DNA from: a virus
Taxonomy: Duplodnaviria > Caudoviricetes
Strand: one strand, 5' to 3'
IMG/VR virus record: IMGVR_UViG_3300035422_000089
Span: 9,670 to 73,669 of that record
DNA length: 64,000 nucleotides
The notes under the pieces are model-generated. The model was given only the letters and a program-made list of their open reading frames with translations. It had not been told where the DNA came from and made no database searches. Of this stretch, positions 19,251-28,884 are shown one piece after another (the stretch's first letter is position 1; every line of letters begins with the position of its first letter). Both the position numbers and the translations under genes were made by a program.

Positions 19251-19430
19251 ATGAAGAGCAATGTTGACTATATGAAGAAAATTGTAAAAGAGATGAAAAG
19301 TAAAGTTAATTTGTCTATTGTTAGCACGGACTACGCAAAAGGATATTGTTATGCCTTACTAGATTATTTAATAGATAATGATGATGTCTATGATGACTTT
19401 GCCAGAACAATAGATGATGTATTCAATTAA
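19251..19430 (+). CDS. Hypothetical protein
   Basis: ATG 19251 downstream of junction palindrome 19222. Confidence 0.65.
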   Translation: MKSNVDYMKKIVKEMKSKVNLSIVSTDYAKGYCYALLDYLIDNDDVYDDFARTIDDVFN

Positions 19431-19478
19431 CGGATAAGATAAAAAATCTGTTTCATCGAAAGTTTGGAGGTGATATAA

Positions 19479-19724
19479 ATAATTACAAGAGAAGTAGATA
19501 TTGAAATGAATCCACGAGAATTAGCTGAAGAATTTTGGAACATGGACTCAGAACAGCAAGCGAAGTTCTTTAATGAATTAGCAAATATTATTGAAGAAAA
19601 TCAAGGTAGAGGTGTAATGCAATTAGATTACATATCATTTGAGCCTTCATTGTATCCATATGGAGCAAGACTAATCAGTATGTTGGCTGAACGAGTAAAA
19701 GAAGGAAATAGAAAATCTAAATAA
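19479..19724 (+). CDS. Hypothetical protein, probable ATA start
   Basis: GGAGGTG SD 6 nt before ATA, in frame with ATG 19506. Confidence 0.6.
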   Translation: MITREVDIEMNPRELAEEFWNMDSEQQAKFFNELANIIEENQGRGVMQLDYISFEPSLYPYGARLISMLAERVKEGNRKSK

Positions 19725-19728
19725 CACG

Positions 19729-19772
19729 GAAAGGAATAAAGGTGCTGCAGCCGTGAGATGATCATACCTTTC
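19729..19772 (+). promoter_or_regulatory. Double-palindrome leader E5
   Basis: GAAAGGAA-t-AAAGGT-GCTGCAGC-cgtgag-ATGATCAT-ACCTTTC, GTG start 11 nt later. Confidence 0.65.
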
Positions 19773-19783
19773 TGGGTGAAGAA

Positions 19784-20584
19784 GTGAGTAATAATGTTAA
19801 ACTATACTATGGAGACTGTCTAAATGTAATGGATAACATTACGGATAAATCCATTGATATGATACTGTGTGATTTACCATATGGGTGTACAGCTAGAAAT
19901 AAATGGGATGTTATTATTCCGTTTGAGCAATTATGGAAGCAATATCAAAGAATTATAAAGGATAATGGAGCAATTGTATTATTTGGGAAACAACCCTTTA
20001 CTTCCATGATGATTATGAGTAATCCAAATATGTACAAGTATAATCTTGTATGGAAAAAGAATTTAAAGACAGGAAATTTAAATGCGAGAAAAATGCCAAT
20101 GGGTGCATTTGAGGACATTATGGTTTTTTATAAAAAGAGTCCAGTATACAATCCTCAGCAAATTCCAAGAACATATCAAGTTCCAAGTGGTAACAAATTT
20201 AATTCTAAGACAACCAATTATGGGAAACAAAAAGAATTATATATTGATAGGCAAAATGAATGGTTAATGCCGGATGATGTTATTGATTATGAGGATGGGA
20301 TATCTTTAGATGCGTTAGAATTAGAAAATGAAATGTTATACATAAAATGTGTGCACAATTCGTCAGGTAAATTACATCCAACTCAAAAACCTGTAGAATT
20401 ATTGGAATGGTTAATAAAAACATATACCAATGAAGGAGATATCGTTTTAGATAATGCAATGGGATCCGGATCTACTGGTGTTGCATGTATGAATGTAAAT
20501 AGAAAATTTATAGGAATTGAATTGGAAGAAAAGTATTATCACATAGCATCTGAAAGATTATATTGCTGTAAGGATGGCGTCTGA
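19784..20584 (+). CDS. Orphan beta-class N6A/N4C DNA methyltransferase
   Basis: DLPYG, HPTQKP, DNAMGSGS. Confidence 0.9.
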   Translation: MSNNVKLYYGDCLNVMDNITDKSIDMILCDLPYGCTARNKWDVIIPFEQLWKQYQRIIKDNGAIVLFGKQPFTSMMIMSNPNMYKYNLVWKKNLKTGNLNARKMPMGAFEDIMVFYKKSPVYNPQQIPRTYQVPSGNKFNSKTTNYGKQKELYIDRQNEWLMPDDVIDYEDGISLDALELENEMLYIKCVHNSSGKLHPTQKPVELLEWLIKTYTNEGDIVLDNAMGSGSTGVACMNVNRKFIGIELEEKYYHIASERLYCCKDGV

Positions 20585-21351
20585 TATGAAGGATATCGAA
20601 TTATGGCAAGGTGATTGTCTTGAATTGATGAAGAATATTCCTGATAAATCTGTGGATATGGTTTTGACGGATTTACCATATGGAACGACTCAGGCGAAGT
20701 GGGATACGATAATTCCGTTTGAACCAATGTGGAGTCAAATAAACAGAGTTATTAAGGACAATGGTGCAATACTTTTATTTAGCAGTCAACCATTTACTTC
20801 AGCTTTAATCATGAGCAATCCAAAGATGTTTAAATATGAATGGATATGGCATAAAACACACCCAAAAGGACATTTGAATGCTAAGAAAATGCCAATGAGG
20901 GCACATGAAAATATAGAAGTATTCTATAAGAAACCGCCTACATATAATCCACAAATGACTCATGGACATAAAAGGAAAGTAGCAAAAACAAATTATATCA
21001 GAGAAGCAGATGGAGATAGCTGTTATGGCAGAGAAGTAAGAAATACTTCCTATAATAGCACAGATAGATATCCTCTTGATATTCAAATCTTTAGTAATGC
21101 AGATCAATCCAATAAAATCCACAATACCCAAAAACCAGTAGAGCTATATAGATATTTTATGAGAACATATACGAATGAGGGGGGAGACAGTGCTTGACTT
21201 CTCTGCTGGAAGTATGACATGTGCGATTGCTGGTATTGATGAAAATAGAAAAGTTATTTGTATTGAGAAAGATGAAAAAATATTTGGACTGGGGAAGAAT
21301 AGAGTGATAAAGCATCAAAAAGAGAAAGGAACGGATTTATGTATAAAGTAG
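20574..21351 (+). pseudogene. Beta-class DNA methyltransferase, frameshifted in a G6 run (21179-21184)
   Basis: DLPYG, HNTQKP; motif I (VLDFSAGS) lies in the +1 frame ending at TAG 21351. Confidence 0.75.
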
Positions 21352-21542
21352 ATTACTATACATTCGCAAGATGTGGTGATGATTCTATAGGGAATATCCT
21401 GCAATATTCTGATACATGGTATACAGAGAATTTTATAGAAGATATACCGAAGGCACTAGCGCATGTTGTTGATGCAAGAAAAGGAGCTGGAAAGTATATT
21501 CCAGTAATCAAAAATATAGAAAATATTAAAGGTCATTTGTAA
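21339..21542 (+). CDS. Hypothetical protein
   Basis: 67-aa ORF, AAGGA SD. Confidence 0.65.
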   Translation: MYKVDYYTFARCGDDSIGNILQYSDTWYTENFIEDIPKALAHVVDARKGAGKYIPVIKNIENIKGHL

Positions 21543-21741
21543 TTTAGTAAATATAGGGGAAATGGCTTATGTTTGAACCTTTTAGATGTGAAGATTGTAT
21601 TTATGGTGAATATCTTCCACAAGATTGCGAATGGGATTGCTCATTAGGATGTTGGTCGAGTAAAGAGTGTGAAGATAATTATGAAGATGATGAAAGAATT
21701 TGATTTTTAGAAACAGAATGAAAAGCCAATTTCAAAGCAAG

Positions 21742-21768
21742 AAAATAAGACAGTCCAGAAACTGCCTT
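21742..21768 (-). terminator. Minus-strand intrinsic terminator of small-peptide cassette
   Basis: Minus strand AAGGCAGT-ttctgg-ACTGTCTT then ATTTTC. Confidence 0.65.
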
Positions 21769-21784
21769 ACTCTCTTAATGAACA

Positions 21785-21949
21785 CTACTTCTTATGTTTC
21801 TTTTTTTTTGACTTTGTGTTAATCTCAAATTTTTTACATTTAATATGTAAATTCTTGAGCACAAAGCCACTTACTAACACCAAAATTGTTATTGATAAAA
21901 CAATACAAGTAGGTGTCTGAAAAAGTTGAATAATATATAAAATGTTCAT
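21785..21949 (-). CDS. 54-aa membrane peptide with Lys-rich tail (type I toxin-like); not in ORF track
   Basis: MNILYIIQLFQTPTCIVLSITILVLVSGFVLKNLHIKCKKFEINTKSKKKKHKK; GGAGG SD. Confidence 0.7.
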   Translation of the reverse strand: MNILYIIQLFQTPTCIVLSITILVLVSGFVLKNLHIKCKKFEINTKSKKKKHKK

Positions 21950-21950
21950 A

Positions 21951-22017
21951 TATTCCTCCATTTCTGGAGGAATAGGGAAATATAAGATATTGTAGCATAT
22001 AAAATTAGAATAGTAAA
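21951..22017 (-). promoter_or_regulatory. Minus-strand sigmaA promoter plus SD-sequestering hairpin
   Basis: TTTACT-17 bp-TGcTACAAT; mRNA hairpin TATTCCTCCA-GAAA-TGGAGGAATA covers the SD. Confidence 0.7.
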
Positions 22018-22059
22018 TAGGAACAATAAAAATTTTGTTTTAAGTAAGAAAAAATAGTA

Positions 22060-22118
22060 AAAGGATACGAATGTTCACTAGTGAGTAAAGCTGCGCAGCT
22101 ACTAAGTAATGGTGAACA
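22060..22118 (+). promoter_or_regulatory. Double-palindrome leader E6 (57/59 identical to E2)
   Basis: TCACTAGTGA and AGCTGCGCAGCT within TGTTCAC/GTGAACA. Confidence 0.75.
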
Positions 22119-22119
22119 G

Positions 22120-22659
22120 TTGGGATTAAACATAGGATATTTAACATCTGATAAAGAAGATAATGAACTTTATTCACCTTATTACATAGTAGATCATATT
22201 GTTAAGTATTTGCCAAAAGACAAGATTATTTGGTGCCCGTTTGATTGTGAATGGTCAGCATTTTATCAGAGGTTAAAAGAATTAGGATATAAAGTAGCAA
22301 GAAGTTCTCTACAAGAAGGTCAAGACTTTTTCGAGTTTGAACCTGATGAGTGGGATATTATTGTAAGCAATCCACCATTTTCATTAAAGGATAAAGTGTT
22401 GGAAAGATTGTATTCATTTAATAAACCATTTGCAATTTTATTACCATTAAATTCCTTGCAAGGTAAAACAAGGTACAAATATTTCAAACAAGGTATTCAA
22501 TTATTAAGTTTTGATGCAAGAGTTTGTTATCATGACAAGGGGCATATGGAGAATGTAGTAAAAGGAAGTCCATTTGCAACAGCTTATTTTTGTAGAGATT
22601 TGTTGCCAAAAGATTTGATTATAGAAAAGTTACTTGAATATGAAAGAAATTTAAAATAA
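22120..22659 (+). CDS. Orphan small adenine DNA methyltransferase (TTG start right after leader)
   Basis: ELYSP, IWCPFD, VSNPPFS. Confidence 0.85.
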   Translation: MGLNIGYLTSDKEDNELYSPYYIVDHIVKYLPKDKIIWCPFDCEWSAFYQRLKELGYKVARSSLQEGQDFFEFEPDEWDIIVSNPPFSLKDKVLERLYSFNKPFAILLPLNSLQGKTRYKYFKQGIQLLSFDARVCYHDKGHMENVVKGSPFATAYFCRDLLPKDLIIEKLLEYERNLK

Positions 22660-22664
22660 TAAAC

Positions 22665-22710
22665 AGGAGGAAATGAGGTTTCTGCGCAGAATAAATCCGG
22701 ATTTACTCCT
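22665..22710 (+). promoter_or_regulatory. Double-palindrome leader E7
   Basis: AGGAGGAAATGAGGT-TTCTGCGCAGAA-TAAATCCGGATTTA-CTCCT, ATG 8 nt later. Confidence 0.75.
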
Positions 22711-22718
22711 AATAAAGA

Positions 22719-23600
22719 ATGGAATATCAAAAGAAAATTAAGTGTGAACTTTACAGAGACAGTATGCAAAATTATAAAAAGTACGCAATTCCACCTGCTC
22801 AGTTAATCATAGCAGATGTTCCCTATAATGTGGGTAACAATTTTTATGGTTCAAATCCGATGTGGTACAACGGAGGAGACAACAAAAAAGGTGAAAGTAA
22901 ATTAGCTGGTAAAGCAGCTTTCAATTCTGATTTTAATTTTAATCTATATGAATATTTTCATTTTTGTTCCAAGATGCTTAAAAAAGATGATACTAGGCCT
23001 GTTCCGAGAGGACGCAGTAGTGACTCACCTTGTATGATTGTATTTTGTTCATTTGAACAAATTCAGACTCTTATAAAAGCAGCAGAGAAGCATGGATTTG
23101 TTCATTACATTCCGCTGATCTTTTGTAAGAATTATAGTCCACAGGTGCTTAAAGCGAATATGCGTGTTGTAGGAGCCGCTGAGTATGCACTTCTGTTATA
23201 CAGAGATAAATTGCCTAAATTCAGAAATGGACTTCAAATTGACGAGAATGGCAAGAATATTCCAGGAACAGGACATATGATCTTTAACTGGTTTGATGGT
23301 GGCGATGAGGATGAGTGGGGAAGAACTTATCATAGCAACAGTACATATATGATGTGGGAAAAAGATAAGGGGAAAGAGATACCTAAGATTCATCCAGCTC
23401 AGAAGCCAGTAGCAGTTCTGAAACGATTGATTGAAATATTTACTGATCCTGGTGATGTAGTTATTGATCCGTGTGCAGGTTCTGGTACAACACTAAGAGC
23501 AGCTTATGAACTTGGCAGAAGTGCTTTCGGTTTTGAAATTGACCGTAATTTCTACCAGAGAGCAAAAGATGAAATGTTGAATTTTGCAAAAGAAGAGTAG
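22719..23600 (+). CDS. Orphan beta-class DNA methyltransferase
   Basis: ADVPY, HPAQKP, DPCAGSG. Confidence 0.9.
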   Translation: MEYQKKIKCELYRDSMQNYKKYAIPPAQLIIADVPYNVGNNFYGSNPMWYNGGDNKKGESKLAGKAAFNSDFNFNLYEYFHFCSKMLKKDDTRPVPRGRSSDSPCMIVFCSFEQIQTLIKAAEKHGFVHYIPLIFCKNYSPQVLKANMRVVGAAEYALLLYRDKLPKFRNGLQIDENGKNIPGTGHMIFNWFDGGDEDEWGRTYHSNSTYMMWEKDKGKEIPKIHPAQKPVAVLKRLIEIFTDPGDVVIDPCAGSGTTLRAAYELGRSAFGFEIDRNFYQRAKDEMLNFAKEE

Positions 23601-23805
23601 ATACATATAGATTTAAAACATCGGTTTCAAAGGGAATCATCAACTCATAATTGATGGTTTCAATTCGGGAGATAGTTGCCTTACCAATTCTAACGACTCC
23701 CTAAAAACGGTAGGAATGGCGTTTACGACAGGCGGTAGTACAGATCCTTCCTTGTACGATAACAAGGGCAAACTACACTGAAGAATAGAAAAGGAGAAAA
23801 ATACT

Positions 23806-24294
23806 TTGGGAAGTTTCAGTTGGCTGAAAGCAGATGATTTAACAAATATTGAAAATATTGCATATGGAGCATCTTTTAAATTTCTTATACCAAAGGAATT
23901 TGGTGGCGGATTTATCAAAGATAAATATCAGGATTATGGATATCTTGGTAGAAAAGATGATGGTACTCCCAAATACGATATGTATGAATTATTGGCATTT
24001 TGGAATAGCGATATGCCTTATGGTTTGGGAACGGTTAAAAATAGATTATATTATGGTGATGATATAGAAGAAATAACTGAATTGCCAATGATGAAAGAGA
24101 TTGATGAACATACAGATAAAAACAGAAAAATGGGTATAAGTATCGGATGCTATAACGATGAAATTGATAAATTAAAATATCCTCTAAAATTAGTGTCACC
24201 TTCTTTTAAGGGGTGTTATGAGGATTTAAGCAAGCCTAGTTATAACGATCCTAATCAGGGATTTGGAAGTACAAGAAGAAAAAAGAACTGCTGA
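23806..24294 (+). CDS. Hypothetical phage protein
   Basis: 162-aa ORF, AGGAG SD. Confidence 0.7.
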   Translation: MGSFSWLKADDLTNIENIAYGASFKFLIPKEFGGGFIKDKYQDYGYLGRKDDGTPKYDMYELLAFWNSDMPYGLGTVKNRLYYGDDIEEITELPMMKEIDEHTDKNRKMGISIGCYNDEIDKLKYPLKLVSPSFKGCYEDLSKPSYNDPNQGFGSTRRKKNC

Positions 24295-24341
24295 ATTTTT
24301 CATTTCGAAACTATTTAAAAATAATTAAAAAGGAGAATGTT

Positions 24342-24569
24342 ATGAATCGAGAAACACTTAAGTTTGCAAATGAATTAACAAGATCAATTGATGTTTTAGA
24401 TGATTTACATTGTATTATGTGTGCTCCTTATCCACAATTTTCAGGACATGATAAAAATGTTAATTCAGTAGCGTTTGATAAAGAAACTTTAAAAAGATTA
24501 AAAGTAGTTATCGCAGAATTTATTGAAGGAAGAAGAAAAGAATTACAAGAAGAATTTAAACAATTATAG
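24342..24569 (+). CDS. Hypothetical protein
   Basis: 75-aa ORF. Confidence 0.7.
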   Translation: MNRETLKFANELTRSIDVLDDLHCIMCAPYPQFSGHDKNVNSVAFDKETLKRLKVVIAEFIEGRRKELQEEFKQL

Positions 24570-24609
24570 TACGAGAAAACAACTCTTTCATTGACAGATT
24601 GGAGGATTT

Positions 24610-25005
24610 ATGAATTGTAAAACATGTAAAAATTATATAGGCGATTGTGGACATCATCATATAGATATTGATAATCATACTAATTTTGATATTCCGGCAG
24701 AATCAGCCACAGATAAGTGTGGTGAGTGTTATTTTTATAAAGAAAGCAGAGATGATTTTCAAGTAGCATGGGATTATTTAAATTCATTAGTTGCCATTAG
24801 AAAATTTAGTTTTCATGAAGCCGAAAGTATAAAGAATAGAATTAATGAGATGTATAGTGATATTAAAGATTTGATTGGATATTTGTTTTCTGCATTAGAA
24901 GATGAAGGATGCGAACCTTGGGAAATAGAAGAATGTGTAAATATAGCAAATAAATATGAATATACAAAGGAAGATTATCAAAATTATTTGAGGACGATTT
25001 GTTGA
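24610..25005 (+). CDS. Hypothetical protein
   Basis: 131-aa ORF, GGAGG SD. Confidence 0.7.
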   Translation: MNCKTCKNYIGDCGHHHIDIDNHTNFDIPAESATDKCGECYFYKESRDDFQVAWDYLNSLVAIRKFSFHEAESIKNRINEMYSDIKDLIGYLFSALEDEGCEPWEIEECVNIANKYEYTKEDYQNYLRTIC

Positions 25006-25036
25006 AATTTTGCTTTTATTGGATAGAGGAAAGTAT

Positions 25037-25342
25037 ATGGAAGATTTGAAAGGATGGATTCGACCGTCCGATAAACTACCAGAAAAAAGTTATTGTCGAA
25101 AATTTTTGGTGATTGTAAAAAATAAAGAAGAAAATATGAATTGTTTATGCCCATATCAAATTATGTTGGCTGAATGGAGTGGTTTTGTTAAAGTAGGTGA
25201 TTCTTTTTCATGTTGGAGTAATTCTCATTTAGATGATAAATCACCATATAATTTTTCAATTCCAATTCCTATGGAACGAGTTATGTATTGGCGACCATTT
25301 CCTGAAGTTCCAGATGATATAAAAAATAGAGTATGGTCTTAA
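25037..25342 (+). CDS. DUF551-like phage protein
   Basis: WI..SDKLPE ... MYWRPFPEVP. Confidence 0.65.
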   Translation: MEDLKGWIRPSDKLPEKSYCRKFLVIVKNKEENMNCLCPYQIMLAEWSGFVKVGDSFSCWSNSHLDDKSPYNFSIPIPMERVMYWRPFPEVPDDIKNRVWS

Positions 25343-25378
25343 ATCCAGAGTTTCAAGGAAGGAATTGAGGTGATATAG

Positions 25379-26173
25379 TTGTTATTTTGGATACAAAAAG
25401 AATTGAATAATAAAATTGATATTGACGCTACCATTCTTCAGGAAGAACTTGATAAGCAAAAATTTAACCATTTGTATGACATCGGAACTATGAAAGATTA
25501 TAAGTGTATTTTGAATACCAATATGATTGAAAAAGAAAATTTGGAGAAAGTAGTTCCTGTAGGTAGTCTTGATTTTGTACAGATGATTCTTTCGAGAATA
25601 CATAATGTCAATCATATGAACCCAATAGAAGTTCCAGATGTTCTTAGAGAAGATAGATTTTTAAAACGTAAATATTCTATTGTACCTAAAAATCAACTTC
25701 CCAATAAGGGATATTATTTCACAAAATATGTTTCAAAACTGAAAGTATTTAGTCATACAGGAATGATAGAGACTTTGCAATATACAGATGAGGGTAAGGA
25801 ACCTTTTCTAAAAGAGGGGTTATATCAAGTGTCAGAAGTGGTGGATGTTTTATCTGAGTATCGTTGCTTTGTACAGAATGATAAGCTGGTTGCTATAAAT
25901 TATTATGATGGAGACTGTACTGTATTCCCAGATGTCACAGAAATAAAGTCTATGATTGGGAATTATATGAGAGATCAAGATAGACCAAAAGCATATACAA
26001 TGGATATTGCTGTGATTCGTGATAGAGGTACTGCAATTTTAGAAGTGCATCCGTGGGTAAGCGTTGGATTATATGGGTATATGTTTGGCAGTTCTCTTCC
26101 ATATTGTTACAGAGATGGATTTGAATATTATATCAATTCCAATAAAGAAATAAGTGAATGGAGCAACTTCTGA
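25379..26173 (+). CDS. ATP-grasp (DUF4343/R2K-like) protein
   Basis: EYRCFV, YTMDIAV, ILEVH motifs. Confidence 0.7.
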   Translation: MLFWIQKELNNKIDIDATILQEELDKQKFNHLYDIGTMKDYKCILNTNMIEKENLEKVVPVGSLDFVQMILSRIHNVNHMNPIEVPDVLREDRFLKRKYSIVPKNQLPNKGYYFTKYVSKLKVFSHTGMIETLQYTDEGKEPFLKEGLYQVSEVVDVLSEYRCFVQNDKLVAINYYDGDCTVFPDVTEIKSMIGNYMRDQDRPKAYTMDIAVIRDRGTAILEVHPWVSVGLYGYMFGSSLPYCYRDGFEYYINSNKEISEWSNF

Positions 26174-26445
26174 TGGATAACGAATATACCAGAAAAGAAA
26201 AGGTATGTCCTCTGATTAGTGACTACTGCAATGAAGAACTCAAAAATTGTGATAGGTGTATAGTTGAAGAATATGCTTGGCAGCGTCTACAGTGTTACAT
26301 AGATTGCCATAACTATGATTGGACATTTGACAGGATCAAACATGATTATCAGAGGTATTACCTGAATGGTGCTTATTGTAGTCATACGCTTATGGATATT
26401 ATAGAGAATAATGAGAATGACTGTAAAATATTGTTTGGATTGTAG
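26158..26445 (+). CDS. Hypothetical protein
   Basis: 95-aa ORF. Confidence 0.6.
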   Translation: MEQLLMDNEYTRKEKVCPLISDYCNEELKNCDRCIVEEYAWQRLQCYIDCHNYDWTFDRIKHDYQRYYLNGAYCSHTLMDIIENNENDCKILFGL

Positions 26446-26582
26446 AAGTAGATGTTAGAACTTGAAAAATTAAAACAGTTGATTGTGGAACCATGTCATT
26501 AGATGATTTTGAAGAATTTACAGAAGAGAGTATAGATGACATTATTGATTTTATTAAGAAGAAAGTGGAGTGCAAATAGTAA

Positions 26583-26840
26583 ATGGATAAATTAGAAAAA
26601 ATTGAAAAGAAATGTATTGAATTGAAGCATAATTTTTTCTGTGATAATTGTGGAAAGTCACTTGGGTCTACAGTTGAATTAGAAGATGGATATTATCCAG
26701 AATTAGGAGAATTTGAGTTATCTTTTAATCTTGATGGATGGTATAAAGTAAAAGCTCATTTTTGCGATAAATGCAGAAAAGAGTTTATTGAGTCGTTAAA
26801 AGAGAAATTAATAAATATGGGATTCAAAAAAGATAATTAG
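26583..26840 (+). CDS. Zinc-finger protein
   Basis: CDNC...CDKC. Confidence 0.7.
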   Translation: MDKLEKIEKKCIELKHNFFCDNCGKSLGSTVELEDGYYPELGEFELSFNLDGWYKVKAHFCDKCRKEFIESLKEKLINMGFKKDN

Positions 26841-26878
26841 ACTTGAAAGGTTAAATTTATGGCATAAAAGGAGAAAAT

Positions 26879-27139
26879 ATGAAAGAAAGATATGCATTTA
26901 TATTTGATTATGACGGTGGCTGGATGATTCTTTTGTATGAAGACGGAATTAATACGAAATATTTCAATTCATCAGAAAATGGATGGGATAATTCATTAGA
27001 TTATATGAATCTATTTATTGAAAATGGTGGAAAGAAATATTATTACATGCTCCCATCGTACGATCTTGTCAAAGATATTGATGTATTTGAACTTGAGAAT
27101 CGTCCAATTGAGTCTTTAGAAAATTATTTATTGAAATAA
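26879..27139 (+). CDS. Hypothetical protein
   Basis: 86-aa ORF, AGGAG SD. Confidence 0.7.
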   Translation: MKERYAFIFDYDGGWMILLYEDGINTKYFNSSENGWDNSLDYMNLFIENGGKKYYYMLPSYDLVKDIDVFELENRPIESLENYLLK

Positions 27140-27168
27140 TTGATAAAATCTTGGTTTCATTTGGAGGT

Positions 27169-27423
27169 ATGTATTTGAAAGATTATTTAGTAACAAGCGA
27201 TTATGGACAATGGGACAATATTTTTATTGTACTGGCAAAGGATGCCAAAGATGCTATTGAGCAGGTATATCAATCATATGTTATTCCGATGAATGAAGAT
27301 ATTAAAAGGAAAAACAAAGAAGTAGGATATAATTCTTATCGAATTTGTTTGAAAAACGAATTACACGCAAAAAGTATTGGCAGTTTACACAATGAAAATG
27401 GAAAGATTATTCGAGTAAATTAA
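27169..27423 (+). CDS. Hypothetical protein
   Basis: ATG after GGAGG, downstream of palindrome 27144. Confidence 0.65.
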   Translation: MYLKDYLVTSDYGQWDNIFIVLAKDAKDAIEQVYQSYVIPMNEDIKRKNKEVGYNSYRICLKNELHAKSIGSLHNENGKIIRVN

Positions 27424-27445
27424 GAAAGGATTTTAGAAGATTAGT

Positions 27446-27847
27446 ATGACATCAAATATTCAGCAATATGAAGAAGATATGAGTGATCTTGTGGCATATC
27501 GGAAGTTAGGAACCATTGAAGAATTATCTAAAAGAGTGAATGAAGAAGATATGTTAAAGTTTTACTATTGTGAATCTGAAGACTTATATTTAGTAGGACA
27601 GAGACACGACACAATGTATTATGGAAAAGTTGATAAATCAGGAATTACATTCTTTATGTCAAGATATTTACCTTGGGGGAAGCGTATAGAAGATGAAAAT
27701 TCTGTATGGAATGGATATACATATCCGAGTGAACCGAAAGAGATTTCTTTTGTAGAATGGCTAACTGGATACATGAAACAAATTGCCATAGTAGAATTTG
27801 CAGATGATATTGATAAAGAATTACTTATAAACGGAAAGTCTGTATGA
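27446..27847 (+). CDS. Hypothetical protein
   Basis: 133-aa ORF. Confidence 0.7.
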   Translation: MTSNIQQYEEDMSDLVAYRKLGTIEELSKRVNEEDMLKFYYCESEDLYLVGQRHDTMYYGKVDKSGITFFMSRYLPWGKRIEDENSVWNGYTYPSEPKEISFVEWLTGYMKQIAIVEFADDIDKELLINGKSV

Positions 27848-27934
27848 TGTCATGAGAATTTATACCCTTATGATGTTTTAAAAGCGTTGGATGATTATGG
27901 AGTTATAAGTTTTAAAGGAAGGAAGAAGTGATAA

Positions 27935-28423
27935 ATGAAACTACCTAAAGGTGTAAATCCTAAATATGGCATATTCACAATGGATAGAGATTTCGCTGGT
28001 AAAATTATAGATCAATATGCAAAAGTCAATGTGCTAAAGAGAGTGAAATCTGAAAATGAGGACTGCGCCATTATGAAAAACGGAACACAATTTAAATGGA
28101 TAAAACCAAATGATAACGCTCGTGGAAATAAATGCTCTGCTGGTATCATTGATTTAGCAACGTGCAGTTTTGATTTCGTAAGAGAATGGATTCCAAGTAT
28201 TTGTATTTTTGCTGAGAAATCGGATTATATTTTCAAAGACAGTGAATTTGGGATAGAAACAAAACCATATGACTTACATACTGTGATTGACAGATTGGAG
28301 AAAGCAGAAGTATTACTTGGTAATGTTGAAAACCTTGGATTTTATGATATGGAATATGGATGGCAAACATTAGCCGATTTGGAGATTAATCATAAAGAAA
28401 TATCATTTGGTTCGTATTGCTGA
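27935..28423 (+). CDS. Hypothetical protein
   Basis: 162-aa ORF. Confidence 0.7.
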   Translation: MKLPKGVNPKYGIFTMDRDFAGKIIDQYAKVNVLKRVKSENEDCAIMKNGTQFKWIKPNDNARGNKCSAGIIDLATCSFDFVREWIPSICIFAEKSDYIFKDSEFGIETKPYDLHTVIDRLEKAEVLLGNVENLGFYDMEYGWQTLADLEINHKEISFGSYC

Positions 28424-28444
28424 GAAGAAAGGAAAATTTAGTAA

Positions 28445-28624
28445 TTGAAAGTAAGATTTATAGATAATGTAGACATCAGTGGCAAGATCAATATTAATAA
28501 AGGTGAAACATTTGAAGCAAGAGAAGATGGTGATTTTATCATGATTCGTATGAAAGATGATAGCACCGTTAAAGCACCAAAATCTGAAATTGAAGGAATT
28601 TTGGAAAGTGTGGAAGGAGAATAA
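28445..28624 (+). CDS. 59-aa protein, paralog A (not in track)
   Basis: MKVRFIDNVDISGKININKGETFEAREDGDFIMIRMKDDSTVKAPKSEIEGILESVEGE. Confidence 0.75.
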   Translation: MKVRFIDNVDISGKININKGETFEAREDGDFIMIRMKDDSTVKAPKSEIEGILESVEGE

Positions 28625-28628
28625 ATAA

Positions 28629-28847
28629 TTGGAGTGGATCAAATGTATTTCTGGTCAAATGCCAGAAGATGATGAAAGATATAAAGGTAAAAAAGTTATT
28701 AATGTTATTGCCACCACTAATAAAGGGGTTGTTACGAAGGTACAAAGGATTTTTAATGATTATGCTAACACTTGGTATTGGGGAAGGATATGTGGAGGTA
28801 TGAGGGCATGGATGCCGTTGCCTGAGCCATACAAAGAGAAGCATTAA
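28629..28847 (+). CDS. DUF551-like phage protein
   Basis: WIKCISGQMPE...AWMPLPEPY. Confidence 0.75.
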   Translation: MEWIKCISGQMPEDDERYKGKKVINVIATTNKGVVTKVQRIFNDYANTWYWGRICGGMRAWMPLPEPYKEKH

Positions 28848-28884
28848 AAGCACGATTTCCTTGGGTGATGGAGGTGATTTTTGA

